Assembly: GCA_902526865.1 (NCBI GenBank)
Contig: CABZMK010000005.1
Span: forward strand, 1 to 63,244
Reading direction: 5' to 3'
Length of the DNA: 63,244 bases
Origin: an uncultured Alphaproteobacteria bacterium
Lineage (GTDB): Bacteria > Pseudomonadota > Alphaproteobacteria > Methylaequorales > Methylaequoraceae
How positions within the stretch are numbered: position 1 is the stretch's first letter; every line of letters starts with the position of its first letter. The notes beneath the pieces are model-generated. The model did not search any database and was not told where the DNA came from. It worked only from the letters and a program-made list of their open reading frames with translations. Positions 40,368-51,679 of the stretch are shown in pieces. The translations under genes and the position numbers were made by a program.

Positions 40368-41172
40368 ATGCAAAACAGGATCGACAAAAAGTTTTCTGAA
40401 TTAAATGAAGTTAATAAAAAAGCCTTAGTTGCTTTTGTTACATCAGGGGATCCAAATCAAAAGATTTCAACAAATATATTAAAAGTCCTTAGAGACCAAA
40501 AAATTGATCTTATTGAAATAGGCTTTCCTTTCTCCGATCCTATGGCTGATGGGCCAACTATTCAAAAGTCAAGTCAAAGAGCAATTAAAGCTGGAGCGAA
40601 TATTGATAGTACTTTGCAATTAGTTAAAAATTTTAGAAAAAATGATAAAAATATCCCTATAGTTTTGATGGGATATTTCAATCCAATTTTTCAATATGGT
40701 CTTAGGGATTTTTTTTTAAATTGTAGTTCTGTTGGTGTAGATGGTCTTATAATTGTCGATTTACCCCCTGAAGAAGACCATTATATAAACCTATACACAA
40801 AAAAATATAATGTTCACAATATCAGATTACTTACACCAACTACACATAAAGAGAGATTAAAAAAAATTCTCAAGCACACAAGTGGGTTTTTATATTATGT
40901 CTCAGTTATGGGCATTACAGGAACAAAAAAAACCATCTATTAATGAAGTTAGAAAATCTTTAACAAAAATCAGAAAAATTTCCAACCTTCCTATTTGTGT
41001 TGGATTTGGTATTAAAAATAAAAATCAAATAGAGAGTTTAAATAAATTTTCAGATGGATGTGTAGTTGGATCAGCCATTGTAAGCTTTATTGAAGAGTTT
41101 GACAAAGGCAAGTATTCGGAAAATCAGATGTTAAAGAACATATCCGATTTCTTGGCAAATTTAAAAAAATAA
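40368..41172 (+). pseudogene. trpA: Tryptophan synthase alpha chain, split by one extra A in an A8 run (probably a sequence error)
   Basis: IEIGFPFSDPMADGPTIQ...YVSVMGITG stops at 40943. Removing one A from 40925-40932 continues KKPSINEV...VGFGI...GCVVGSAIV to 41172. Confidence 0.93.
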
Positions 41173-41187
41173 TGGTAAATTATTCAT

Positions 41188-42030
41188 ATGAACTGGATAA
41201 CTAATTTTGTAAGACCAAAACTTCAAGCCATTGTTGGAAAAAAAGAAGTTCCTGATAATTTGTGGGAAACTTGTCCAAAATGCTCTCAAATGTTACTGAG
41301 AAAAGAACTAGTATCAAATCAATATGTTTGTAAACATTGTGATTATCATTTTAGAATTAGTTCAAAAGAAAGATTAGAATTATTTTTGGGGAAAAGTTTC
41401 ATGATAATGGATACACCTAAAATTAAACCAGATCCACTTAACTTCAAAGATAGTAAAAAATATATAGATAGATTAAAAATTGCTCAAAAGAAAAATCAAA
41501 CCAATGATTCCGTTATTGTAGCATCAGGAACTATAAATGGGAAAAAGATTGTTACAGCAATTTTCGATTTTAATTTTATGGGAGGTTCGATGGGCATGGC
41601 TGCTGGTGAGGCAATAATTTCTGCATGCGATTTTGCAAAAAAAAATCACCTTCCATTAATTATATTTAGCTCGTCAGGGGGCGCACGGATGCAGGAAGGA
41701 ATCTTATCTTTAATGCAAATGCCGCGCACCGTTATTGCGATAAATGCATTCGGAAAGTTAAACTTGCCTTTTATTTCTGTTCTCACTGATCCGACAACTG
41801 GTGGCGTTTCAGCTTCATTTGCAATGCTAGGTGATATAATAATCGCTGAAAAAAATGCTACTATTGGTTTTGCAGGAAGTAGAGTTATTGAGGATACTAT
41901 TAAAGAAAAATTACCTCAAAATTTCCAAAAATCAGAGTATCTAATGGAGAGAGGGATGATCGATCTTGTTGTTCATAGAAAAGACTTAAAAAAAAAAATT
42001 GAAGATTTACTTGATTTCCTTATAGCTTGA
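41188..42030 (+). CDS. accD: Acetyl-CoA carboxylase carboxyltransferase beta subunit
   Basis: WETCPKC...CKHC zinc finger, FMGGSMG, SGGARMQEG and DPTTGGVSASFAM. Confidence 0.97.
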   Translation: MNWITNFVRPKLQAIVGKKEVPDNLWETCPKCSQMLLRKELVSNQYVCKHCDYHFRISSKERLELFLGKSFMIMDTPKIKPDPLNFKDSKKYIDRLKIAQKKNQTNDSVIVASGTINGKKIVTAIFDFNFMGGSMGMAAGEAIISACDFAKKNHLPLIIFSSSGGARMQEGILSLMQMPRTVIAINAFGKLNLPFISVLTDPTTGGVSASFAMLGDIIIAEKNATIGFAGSRVIEDTIKEKLPQNFQKSEYLMERGMIDLVVHRKDLKKKIEDLLDFLIA

Positions 42031-42031
42031 T

Positions 42032-43346
42032 TTGAAAGTGAACAAATCTACAAAAATTTTAAAAAGGCTCGAACTTTTACATCCAAAAAAGATTGACTTA
42101 TCTCTTAAACGTTTAAAACGGTTGCTTAATAATTTAGATAATCCTCATCTTAAATTGTCTCCAGTAATTCATGTGGCGGGAACAAATGGGAAAGGTTCTG
42201 TAACTTCCTTTCTAAGATCCATATTCGAATTTTCAAATTACAAAGTGCACACTTACACATCTCCCCATTTAATAAATTTCAACGAAAGAATAAGGATTAA
42301 TTCTAAACTAATAAGTAACAACCATCTAAATACACTTTTAGAAGAATGCGAATATTTCAATAAAGCAGAGGAAATTACTTTCTTTGAAATTACAACAGCT
42401 GCTGCATTTTTGGCATTTAGCAGGATTGAATCTGATATTATTCTTTTAGAAACAGGTCTTGGTGGTAGATTTGATGCTACAAATGTCGTTGAGAATAAAT
42501 TATGCAGTGTTATTACACCAATTTCAATGGATCATATGAACTTTCTTGGGTCAACAATAGAAAAAATTGCTAAAGAAAAATTAGGAATTTTAAACAATTC
42601 AAAAAAGATAGTTCTATCAAAGCAACATTCAATTGTAAGGAAGTTAGCAAGAGTTGAAGCAAAAAGATTGAAGATTGCGCTATTCGAAGAAGGATCGAAT
42701 TGGAAAATTAGAGAAAAAGATTTTATAAAAAAAACCTTTAGTATGTTTTTTTGAGAAGGCAAATTATAATTTTAACTTTCCTGAACTTTTTGGTGAACAT
42801 CAGATAGATAACGCTTCGACAGCTGTAGCAACTGTATTATCACTCGAAAGAAAAGACATTTTAAATAAAAATATTGATAAAGGTATTTTATCAGCAAAAT
42901 GGCCAGCTAGAATGCAAAATCTTAACAACGGAAATTTATCCTCGTACATGGGTAAAAATTTTGAGATTTGGTTAGATGGAGGTCATAACTTAGAAGCGTC
43001 GAACGTAATAAAAAACGTCATTGAAAAATGGAAAAAAGAAAATGTTTTTTTAGTTATGGGTATGATGATTGGGAAAGATCCGTATTCATTCATAAAAAAA
43101 CTAATAAAAAACCTTTCAGCTATTTTTCTTTTGCCAATACCAGATCATCAGTATATAAGACCATATGAGATAAAAAATAGTATTAAAAGAAATATTAGCT
43201 CGAAAATAAGCATTGAATGTTTATTAGATATCAAAGAGGTTTTAAAAATTATAAAGGAAAACTATCCAAGCGGAAAATTAGTAATTTGCGGTTCATTATA
43301 TCTGGCTGGGGAGGTTTTAAAACATGATGGCTTCAAGATCAACTAA
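42032..43346 (+). pseudogene. folC: Folylpolyglutamate synthase/dihydrofolate synthase, split by one extra T in a T7 run (probably a sequence error)
   Basis: HVAGTNGKGS and ETGLGGRFDATN, stop at 42754. Removing one T from 42746-42752 gives EKANYNFNFPELFGEHQIDNA...WPARMQ...DGGHN...CGSLYLAGE. Confidence 0.93.
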
Positions 43347-43666
43347 ATCTTTGATTTAAACCAAGTTACTATTTCGCTTTTTGGCAAAAGACCAATTTTC
43401 GTGTCGATTAAATTTCCTTCTTTGAATAATAACAATGTGGGTATACTCCTGATAGAGTATTTCATAGCTAAGTCTTGATTTTCATCAAGATTAACTTTTA
43501 CTACGTTAATTTCATCTTTCATTTCATTTGAGAGTTCCTCCAAAATTGGCGTTAGCATCTTACATGGTCCACACCATTCAGCCCAGAAATCGACTATTAC
43601 TGGAAGACTAGATTTAAGAACTTCGTTCTCGAAATCATTTTCATTACAATTTTTTATAGCAGTCAT
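43343..43666 (-). CDS. trxA: Thioredoxin
   Basis: DFWAEWCGPCK. Confidence 0.98.
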   Translation of the reverse strand: MTAIKNCNENDFENEVLKSSLPVIVDFWAEWCGPCKMLTPILEELSNEMKDEINVVKVNLDENQDLAMKYSIRSIPTLLLFKEGNLIDTKIGLLPKSEIVTWFKSKI

Positions 43667-43678
43667 TTTAGCACCCCA

Positions 43679-45154
43679 TTAATTTGCAAAAAGTTTATTT
43701 GATAAATTCTTATCGAATTGAATTGGATTTGCATTGGAATTATTATAGTAATCATTTAAAAAGTTAATGTAAATATTATACTGATCTATTTGTTCTTTTA
43801 AATCATTTCCTAAATCATTTTCCTCTATTTTTAAGGATAATGAGTCAGCCTCCTCCATAGCTGCCGGAATTGTTATAAATCTTTTTTTCTCTAAAGAACA
43901 AATCCTCTCCGAAATTTTTTTATGCAGCAATTTAAAAATTTTTCTAGGCAGTTCCTCTGGATAATTTCTATAAATATGACGCGCAGCAAAAAATCTTAGC
44001 CTCTGATCTTTAAATTTTTCAGCAAAACGCCACTTGTTGTCCCATTCCTCATTATGAAATCTATTCATGATTCTTGAATCGTTGTAATTGAGTTTTTGAG
44101 AATAAATTGTTTCCTCTTCTAATTTTATTTCCTGAGACTGATTTTCACTGTAATCCAATGATTCTTTTTCCAGTATTTTATTGAGTTTTATCAGAAATTC
44201 TTTTTTCTGAAGTTGTTCACATTTTAAATTTATTTCATGGTCCGTTAATTCACTATAAGGACTAAGATTTCTTGCATAAGATTTGTCCAAAATGGATGGC
44301 TGTTTATTTAATTTTATTTTCCTAAAAAATGATTTTGATCTGTATATTTCTTCCAATTCATCTATGCCATAATTAACAATTTCTGAGGTATCATATTTAA
44401 GATCAAATCCAATCATTTGGTTTTTATAAACTGGATGTTTCAAAAGATTTTTAACAAGATAAACTCTATGCTTGCTGAAAATGTAGTGGTGCATTGTGAA
44501 AATATTTTGTTCAATAATTTTATTTTCTAATTTAACAGGATACGAATTATTGATGAATATTTTAAAGAGGTCATAATTATTTTTTAAAAGCATTTCCAGA
44601 AGTTTCATTGTGGTTTCAACGTCTGCAATTGCTTCATGAGCGTTATCAGACTCAAAACAATTTGCTTTTGCCAAACTTTCCAACCTGAATGTTATTTTTC
44701 CTTCATCATTTACCTCAACATTTAAGGCATTTTTTCTGAAAGCATGAACTAATGTTACAAAATTAAGTACATCAAGTCTCGCGTTTCCTTTTGTATTTGT
44801 TAAGTAAGGAAAAGTAAAATGCTCCCAGAGTGTTTGTCTAAAAAATTCTTCATCAAAATTTATGGAGTTAAAACCAACAAAAAAGGAGTCTTGGAATTTT
44901 GATAAAAAACTATACATTTGCATTGTCATTTCATAGCAACTCATCTTTTCTGAAAGAATATCTGAGATCTTTAATTTATTGACTCTTAACGCATTGATTG
45001 ACGGAACAATATCTGGATTAATACGTGACTTTAAATTTAATTTTTTTAAAGCTTTAAGGTTTTGATCATAAATTATAATTCCCGCTTGAAGAATTTGGTC
45101 AAATCGTGAACTTCTTCCAGATGTTTCAAAATCATAAACTATAAAATTATTCAC
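43679..45154 (-). CDS. sbcB: Exodeoxyribonuclease I (SbcB-like DEDDh 3'-5' ssDNA exonuclease)
   Basis: YDFETSG (ExoI), GFNSINFDEEFFR (ExoII), AHEAIADV (ExoIII), and a C-terminal RHIYRNYPE region; 491 aa. Confidence 0.82.
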   Translation of the reverse strand: MNNFIVYDFETSGRSSRFDQILQAGIIIYDQNLKALKKLNLKSRINPDIVPSINALRVNKLKISDILSEKMSCYEMTMQMYSFLSKFQDSFFVGFNSINFDEEFFRQTLWEHFTFPYLTNTKGNARLDVLNFVTLVHAFRKNALNVEVNDEGKITFRLESLAKANCFESDNAHEAIADVETTMKLLEMLLKNNYDLFKIFINNSYPVKLENKIIEQNIFTMHHYIFSKHRVYLVKNLLKHPVYKNQMIGFDLKYDTSEIVNYGIDELEEIYRSKSFFRKIKLNKQPSILDKSYARNLSPYSELTDHEINLKCEQLQKKEFLIKLNKILEKESLDYSENQSQEIKLEEETIYSQKLNYNDSRIMNRFHNEEWDNKWRFAEKFKDQRLRFFAARHIYRNYPEELPRKIFKLLHKKISERICSLEKKRFITIPAAMEEADSLSLKIEENDLGNDLKEQIDQYNIYINFLNDYYNNSNANPIQFDKNLSNKLFAN

Positions 45155-45854
45155 AATAATTTTCCTTAAATTTTTTAAGATCCTCTGCCGTTCCTATGTG
45201 AAACCATTGATTTTCGTCTATATAGCCAAATAACTTATTTTTTTCTAGAGATTTTAGTATCTGTTCTTTTAATGAAAAACAATTTTTCTTAACATCCTTT
45301 ATAATATTCTGCTTGATGATTTGCAGCCCTGTATAGGCATACAAAGGATTTGTTTTTATTTCTAATTTTGATGACGAGAATTTGTCACTTTGAAGATCAA
45401 AATCTCCATCACCATTGTAACCAAAAAAATCTTCCTTTCTTTTTAAACATAACAACATATCCATTTTACGTGGGTTCCATAGGCTAATGATTTTATCAAT
45501 TGACTTATATTTCTTGTCATACCAAAAAATATCCCCGTTTAAAAGCACAACGGGAATGTTTTCTGTAAAGCATTTTTCGTTAATTGCATTTAATAAGCCA
45601 CCTCCTGTCTCAAGTCTTTCAGATTCAACAATAACTTTTACCGATTCGAACATTTTTGTTTCGTTAATAATTTTTTCTGAATGATGATAAGCATTTACGA
45701 CAATATTTTTGAATCTAGATTCAATCAATTTTTCAATATTATTTTTCAGGAGACTCTTTTTATTAATTTTTATAAGCGGCTTGGGTATGTTCTCTGTTAG
45801 TGGTAACATCCTTTTTCCAAGTCCAGCTGAAAATATCATTGCCTGCGAAATCAT
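45147..45854 (-). CDS. murU: Nucleotidyltransferase, MurNAc-alpha-1-P uridylyltransferase type
   Basis: AMIFSAGLGKRMLPLT...PKPL, LETGGG, LNGD and WFHIGT; adjacent to amgK. Confidence 0.8.
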   Translation of the reverse strand: MISQAMIFSAGLGKRMLPLTENIPKPLIKINKKSLLKNNIEKLIESRFKNIVVNAYHHSEKIINETKMFESVKVIVESERLETGGGLLNAINEKCFTENIPVVLLNGDIFWYDKKYKSIDKIISLWNPRKMDMLLCLKRKEDFFGYNGDGDFDLQSDKFSSSKLEIKTNPLYAYTGLQIIKQNIIKDVKKNCFSLKEQILKSLEKNKLFGYIDENQWFHIGTAEDLKKFKENYCE

Positions 45855-46795
45855 TACAAACCCAATGGTTTTTCTAAAATCTTAAATAAAGGGCTAAATT
45901 TATTTTTTTTTAAATTAGATTCAAGCAAACCTAAAACTCTTGGGATATGTTTGATATAATTTTTTTTATTATCTCGCATTTCAAGTCTCCTAAAAATTCC
46001 CAAAACTTTAAGGTGTCTTTGAATTGCTATAACAGTGTACGAAAATAAAAATAGATCTTTATCAATGGATTTACAATTTTCTAAATAATAATTAATCAAG
46101 AAATTCTCTGTTCTCTTTTCTACGTCTATTCTAGCATCTTGTGCAAGTGACACAACATCGTATACACATGGACCTACTAAAGCGTCCTGATAATCAATCC
46201 AGCCACATTTGAAATGCTTGTCTTTTTCCTTAAGATAAAATAAGTTATCGATATGATAATCTCTATGAATAAAGACGCTCGGTAATAAATAGACTTTATC
46301 TAAAAAGCCTGAAAAGATTGAGTTAAATTCATTTTTTAATAATTCGACTCTTCTTTTTGACAAATCTAAATACCAATCGAAAAATAAATTTGATTCATCA
46401 AAAAAGATTTTTTTACTGTAGTGAACAAGTTTTTTATCGATTTTTTTTTTATGAATGTACAGTAATGCATCCAAAGCAACTTTGTACAATTTTATTTTGT
46501 TAGATTTTTTTAATACTTCACTAAATTTGTTATTTCTAAAGTTTTCTATAATTAAAATATCATATTCTTTTAGATCTGTAATGATTTGAGGAATACTTAC
46601 ATGTTTTTTTAAAAGATAAGAAATTTTTATAAATCTTTCTAAACTTCTTGAATCGTTATCAAACATCAATACATTTGTATTACTTTCTTGTTTAATCAAA
46701 AAATATTTTCTGTCTGAAGCATCTCCAGCTAAAAATCGTAAATTATCGAATTTTATTTTTTTATAATCTAATTTTTTGATTATTTCGTCTATCAT
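45854..46795 (-). CDS. amgK: Aminoglycoside-phosphotransferase-fold anomeric MurNAc/GlcNAc kinase
   Basis: LAGDASDRKYF, IHRDYHIDNL, IDYQDALVGP and QRHLKVLGIF. Confidence 0.82.
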   Translation of the reverse strand: MIDEIIKKLDYKKIKFDNLRFLAGDASDRKYFLIKQESNTNVLMFDNDSRSLERFIKISYLLKKHVSIPQIITDLKEYDILIIENFRNNKFSEVLKKSNKIKLYKVALDALLYIHKKKIDKKLVHYSKKIFFDESNLFFDWYLDLSKRRVELLKNEFNSIFSGFLDKVYLLPSVFIHRDYHIDNLFYLKEKDKHFKCGWIDYQDALVGPCVYDVVSLAQDARIDVEKRTENFLINYYLENCKSIDKDLFLFSYTVIAIQRHLKVLGIFRRLEMRDNKKNYIKHIPRVLGLLESNLKKNKFSPLFKILEKPLGL

Positions 46796-47253
46796 TTCTC
46801 GGGATTATATTCACGAATTTTATTTTTATTTATCTTCCTTACAGTCGCATATCTTAATAAAGATTCATCTTCATCAAGATGTATTTCAATCCTTTTATGA
46901 GGTAAATACTCCGTTATAATTTCTGGCCATTCAACTATTACACAGTCTAAGAGGGCTAATTCAAAATCCAATTCAAAAATTTCTGTTTTATTTTTGAGCC
47001 TGAAAAGATCATAGTGCCAAACTTTTATGTTTTTCAAATCATAAATATTAACAAGTGAAAAGGTGGGGCTTAAGACTCTTATTTTTTTTTTGGATAGATT
47101 GTTAATTATTAAACTAGCCAAAGTAGTTTTTCCGACCCCCAGTTTTCCTCTCAAAGATATAAAACTTTTCGGTTTTATTCTTTTGGCAATTTTTTGCGCT
47201 AATTTCCCAGTTTCTCGAAGGTTATCCAAATTAATTTTAAATTCATCTTTCAT
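46792..47253 (-). CDS. tsaE: t6A biosynthesis ATPase
   Basis: GKLGVGKT, SPTFSLV, HYDLFRL and IVEWPE. Confidence 0.95.
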   Translation of the reverse strand: MKDEFKINLDNLRETGKLAQKIAKRIKPKSFISLRGKLGVGKTTLASLIINNLSKKKIRVLSPTFSLVNIYDLKNIKVWHYDLFRLKNKTEIFELDFELALLDCVIVEWPEIITEYLPHKRIEIHLDEDESLLRYATVRKINKNKIREYNPEK

Positions 47254-47287
47254 TTTTATTAATTATTCTAATATAAATATGTAATTA

Positions 47288-48325
47288 ATGTTTAAAAAAC
47301 AAAAAAAGATAATTATGAATAAAACTTTAACAGATGTATTAGTTATAGGAGCTGGTCCTATAGGACTGTTCTCAGTTTTTGAGCTTGGACAACTGGGGAT
47401 TAAATCATGTGTTGTTGATTCACTTGATATTATTGGTGGACAATGTTCATCTTTGTATCCGGAAAAACCAATATATGATATTCCTGCATACCCTGAAATA
47501 TCTGGTAAAAAACTTATTGATAACCTTTTCAGTCAGATCAAACCATTTTCACCAAAATTTATATTGGGCGAAAGAGTTGAAAAAATTACTAAACAAAACG
47601 ATGAATTTCTAGTTTTCACCTCAAATAACAAATCAATTGAATGTAAATGTATTTTAATAGCAGCCGGCAACGGAGCTTTTGGACCAAATAAACCACCTCT
47701 GAAAGACATTGAAGAATACGAAAATAAATCAATTTTTTATCATATAACTAACAAATCTATTTTTAAAAATAAAAAAATAGCAATTGCTGGTGGCGGTGAC
47801 TCAGCCGTAGATTGGGCTATTGAACTCTCTTCAGTTGCAGAGAAAGTATTTTTTATTCATAGAAGAAGAAAATTAAGAGCTGCACCTCATAGTGTTGAAA
47901 AACTTTTTTCACTTGAAAAGGAAGAAAAAATTAAAACAATAATACCTTTTCAAGTTCACTCTCTTCAAGGCTCTAAAGGAGAAATCAACACATTGACTGT
48001 TAGCAACCTTGATGAAGAAAAAATAGATCTTAAGGTAGATTATTTTCTTCCTTTTTTTGGCCTTTCCTCTGAATTAGGTCCTATTAAAGATTGGGAATTG
48101 GAAATTGAAAAAAATCTATTGAGCGTTGACCAATCAAGTCTTCAAACCTCCGCCAAAGGCATATTTGCAATTGGAGACATATGTGATTACCCCGGCAAGC
48201 TTAAACTAATTCTAACTGGCTTTTCAGAAGCTGCAATGGCTGCTCATAGTTGTTACAAAAAGATTTTTCCTGACAAAGTTCTTCATTTTGAATACTCAAC
48301 TACATCGGGTATTAAAAAACTATAG
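47288..48325 (+). CDS. Ferredoxin-NADP+ reductase, TrxR-like type (alternative start 47315)
   Basis: IGAGPIGLF, GGQC..LYPEKPIYDIP, GGGDSAVDWA and YPGKLKLILTGFSEAA. Confidence 0.88.
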   Translation: MFKKQKKIIMNKTLTDVLVIGAGPIGLFSVFELGQLGIKSCVVDSLDIIGGQCSSLYPEKPIYDIPAYPEISGKKLIDNLFSQIKPFSPKFILGERVEKITKQNDEFLVFTSNNKSIECKCILIAAGNGAFGPNKPPLKDIEEYENKSIFYHITNKSIFKNKKIAIAGGGDSAVDWAIELSSVAEKVFFIHRRRKLRAAPHSVEKLFSLEKEEKIKTIIPFQVHSLQGSKGEINTLTVSNLDEEKIDLKVDYFLPFFGLSSELGPIKDWELEIEKNLLSVDQSSLQTSAKGIFAIGDICDYPGKLKLILTGFSEAAMAAHSCYKKIFPDKVLHFEYSTTSGIKKL

Positions 48326-48330
48326 TTTTG

Positions 48331-49617
48331 TTAATATCTATATTCTTCACTTTTATAAGGCCCACCTACAGGAACATTTATATAATCTCCTTGATTTTTC
48401 GATAATTTGGTTAACTTAGCACCAATTTTATCAAGGTGTATCCTAGCTACTTTTTCATCTAGTTTTTTCGGAAGAACATAAACTTTATTTTTATATTTAC
48501 TATAATTTTTCCATAGCTCTATTTGAGCCAAAACCTGATTTGAAAAAGAAGCTGACATAACAAAGCTTGGATGACCGGTTGCGCATCCTAAATTTACTAA
48601 ACGACCCTCTGCAAGAACTATTATTTTCTTTCCATCAGGAAATTCAATTTCGTCAACTTGTGGTTTTATGTTATCCCACTTATAGTTTTTAAGAGCTTCA
48701 ATCTGAATTTCGGAATCGAAGTGTCCTATGTTACATACAATACTCCTGTCTTTCATTTTTCTCATATGATCTATAGTTATTACGTCAACATTTCCGGTGG
48801 CTGTCACAAAAATATCTGCTTTATCCGCAACATCATCCATAGTGTTGACTTCAAACCCATCCATAGCAGCTTGAAGAGCACAAATAGGGTCTATTTCAGT
48901 TACAACAACCCGACATCCTGCATTTCTTAGGCTTTCTGCTGAACCTTTGCCAACATCACCATATCCTGCAACAAGTGCGACTTTTCCAGCCATCATAACA
49001 TCGGTTGCCCTTCTTATTCCATCAACTAAGCTTTCTCTACAACCGTATTTATTATCAAACTTAGATTTTGTGACTGAATCGTTAACATTTATAGCAGGTA
49101 CTAAAAGTTGATTACTTTTTTCCATTTCTAAAAGCCTTAAAACACCTGTTGTTGTTTCTTCTGACAAACCTCTAACTCCATCGAGAAGATGGGGATATTT
49201 TTCATGCATAATTTTTGTAAGATCTCCTCCATCATCTAGTATAAGATTGGGTTTCCAGTCATTAGGCCCTGTAATTGTTTTTTCTATACACCACCAAAAT
49301 TCTTCTTCAGTTTCACCTTTCCAAGCAAAAACAGGAATTCTACTTTTGGCAACAGCCGCAGCTGCTTGATCTTGAGTAGAATAAATATTGCAAGAACTCC
49401 ACCTAACAGAAGCTCCTAAATCTATGAGCGTCTCAATTAAAACTGCAGTTTGTATCGTCATATGTAAGCATCCAACAATTCTTGCACCAGCAAGAGGTTT
49501 TTCATCTTTAAACTCTGATCTTAACTGCATAAGCCCAGGCATTTCCGTTTCAGCAATTTTAATCTCTTTTCTTCCCCAATTAGCTAAATCTATGTCTTTA
49601 ATTTTAAAATCATCCAT
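48331..49617 (-). CDS. ahcY: Adenosylhomocysteinase
   Basis: [37 protein letters not shown] and [14 protein letters not shown]. Confidence 0.98.
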   Translation of the reverse strand: MDDFKIKDIDLANWGRKEIKIAETEMPGLMQLRSEFKDEKPLAGARIVGCLHMTIQTAVLIETLIDLGASVRWSSCNIYSTQDQAAAAVAKSRIPVFAWKGETEEEFWWCIEKTITGPNDWKPNLILDDGGDLTKIMHEKYPHLLDGVRGLSEETTTGVLRLLEMEKSNQLLVPAINVNDSVTKSKFDNKYGCRESLVDGIRRATDVMMAGKVALVAGYGDVGKGSAESLRNAGCRVVVTEIDPICALQAAMDGFEVNTMDDVADKADIFVTATGNVDVITIDHMRKMKDRSIVCNIGHFDSEIQIEALKNYKWDNIKPQVDEIEFPDGKKIIVLAEGRLVNLGCATGHPSFVMSASFSNQVLAQIELWKNYSKYKNKVYVLPKKLDEKVARIHLDKIGAKLTKLSKNQGDYINVPVGGPYKSEEYRY

Positions 49618-51679
49618 ATTTTTTTTCTCTTATCCTTTTATTAATTTCTTGATTGTAGTTGTACAAAATATTTTTTACCACCACATTATCATCCTGTTTA
49701 AAAATATCATCTGAAATTTTTTTTACTTCATTTGAATTTACTTGACTTAAATATTGCTTTATTTTCAATATTCGAGATGTACTCATTGACAGTGTTCTTA
49801 TACCCATTCCAATAAGAATTGAAGTAAATAATGTATCTCCGGCCATCTCTCCGCAAATACTTACAGGAATTTTATTTCTGTTTGCCGAACTTGCAGTCAT
49901 GTGGATTAGTTTTAAAACAGACAAGTGTCCAGGATCGTATATTTTAGCAACTTCCTCATCACCCCTATCTATGGCTAAAGTGTACATTGTTAAATCATTC
50001 GTACCAATCGCAAAAAAATCACAATTTTTAGCTAACTCCTCAGAAATCAATGCCGCAGCCGGTGTTTCAATTAATACTCCAATCTTAGGAGCAGTAATCT
50101 TTAACCTTTTATTTTTTTTTAATAAATCCTTTTTAACTTCTGTTATTATTTTTTTTGTCTCAATTAACTCTGATACATTTGAAACCATTGGTAACATTAT
50201 CCTTATATTCCCATACGAGCTTGCCCTTAAGATAGCCGTAATTTGTCTTTTAAAAATTTTTGGAAAAGCTAATGTCAGCCTTATAGCTCTTAACCCCAAA
50301 GCAGGATTAGGTGATTTTGTTAAATATTTTTCTATAGATGGCACTTTTTTATCATTACCAACGTCTAATGTTCTAATTGTTAGTGGCTTTCCTTTCAAAT
50401 GCATAAGAGTTTTTTTAATTGAGTTAAATTGATCTTGTTCAGAAGGTATGGTTTTTTTATTCATAAAAAGATACTCAGTTCTGTATAAACCAATACCATC
50501 TATTCCTTTTTTCATTGATATTTTAACTTCATCAGAATCATCAACATTTGCCTCAATTCTTACTCTTTTTTTATCGTTAGTAACTGGAATGGTCTTAATA
50601 AATGAATTTAACTTTTGATCCTCATTTTTTTTTTCTTCGATTTTTTTTTTATATATTAATATTGTCTTTTTTGAAGGATTCTTGATCAACAATCCTTTAT
50701 CACCGTCTATTATAATTTTTTCACCGTTTTTGAGATATTTAATAGCGTTTTTTACGCCAACTACAGTTGGAATCGACAAAGACCGAGCTACTATTGCAAA
50801 ATGACCCTCAGGGCCTCCAAACATACTTGCTAGGCCCAAAAATTTAATTTTGGCATTAGCCAATAGATCAGATGGACTCAACTCCGACGAAAATAAAATC
50901 TGATTGTTTTTAACACTGGTCTGGACTTTTTTTTTTTGAAGGTTTTCAATTATTCTTGTACAAACATCTCTCACATCATCAAATCTGTCTTTTAAGTAAT
51001 TGTCCTTTATGCGTTTAAAAATTTTTGAATGCTTATTAAGGACTTCATCAACTGCATATTCTGCATTTATGAGATCTTCTCTTATTCTTTGTTTTGCGTC
51101 CTTCATAAGTGATGATGACCTAATAATTGAAATATTAGCCTCTAACATAAATTTCATCTCTTTATAGATATCATTTTTATGGTGAGTTATTTTCTTGATA
51201 ATCTTTTTGATGTCTAAAATAGAGACTTTAACTGCTTTTTCCAATCGTATTATTTCTTTTTGTACTGATGATATGGAAATGTTGTATCTCACGTTAGAAA
51301 GATTAGTTTTTTGTTTTACTAAGCAGTTTCCTATCGCATATCCACTTGAAACCCCAATTCCTTTTAAAACCAATTCTTTATCTGTATTTTCTGATAAAGG
51401 TTTTTCTTCACCAAAATTATTTTTTATTAAACTAATTAGTTTATTTAAATCCTTTTCTGAATTACTTCCAATACATTGAACTTTTATTTCCGTTCCTTTA
51501 GAGGCAGCCAAAGTCATTAAACCCAGAAGAGAGGAACCGTTTACAACCTTTGAACCTTTTTTGACAATAAACTTTGAGTCACATTTAGAAGTTACTTCCA
51601 CAAATTTTGCTGCAGCCCTTGCATGAATTCCTAGCTTATTAGTTATTAATATTTTTCTTTCTACTTTTTTTTGTTCCAA
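49610..51679 (-). CDS. ptsI: Fused HPr-Enzyme I (PEP-protein phosphotransferase)
   Basis: N-terminal about 90 aa is HPr ([10 protein letters not shown]; SLLGL), then EI ([34 protein letters not shown]). No GAF domain. Confidence 0.9.
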   Translation of the reverse strand: MEQKKVERKILITNKLGIHARAAAKFVEVTSKCDSKFIVKKGSKVVNGSSLLGLMTLAASKGTEIKVQCIGSNSEKDLNKLISLIKNNFGEEKPLSENTDKELVLKGIGVSSGYAIGNCLVKQKTNLSNVRYNISISSVQKEIIRLEKAVKVSILDIKKIIKKITHHKNDIYKEMKFMLEANISIIRSSSLMKDAKQRIREDLINAEYAVDEVLNKHSKIFKRIKDNYLKDRFDDVRDVCTRIIENLQKKKVQTSVKNNQILFSSELSPSDLLANAKIKFLGLASMFGGPEGHFAIVARSLSIPTVVGVKNAIKYLKNGEKIIIDGDKGLLIKNPSKKTILIYKKKIEEKKNEDQKLNSFIKTIPVTNDKKRVRIEANVDDSDEVKISMKKGIDGIGLYRTEYLFMNKKTIPSEQDQFNSIKKTLMHLKGKPLTIRTLDVGNDKKVPSIEKYLTKSPNPALGLRAIRLTLAFPKIFKRQITAILRASSYGNIRIMLPMVSNVSELIETKKIITEVKKDLLKKNKRLKITAPKIGVLIETPAAALISEELAKNCDFFAIGTNDLTMYTLAIDRGDEEVAKIYDPGHLSVLKLIHMTASSANRNKIPVSICGEMAGDTLFTSILIGMGIRTLSMSTSRILKIKQYLSQVNSNEVKKISDDIFKQDDNVVVKNILYNYNQEINKRIREKKYG

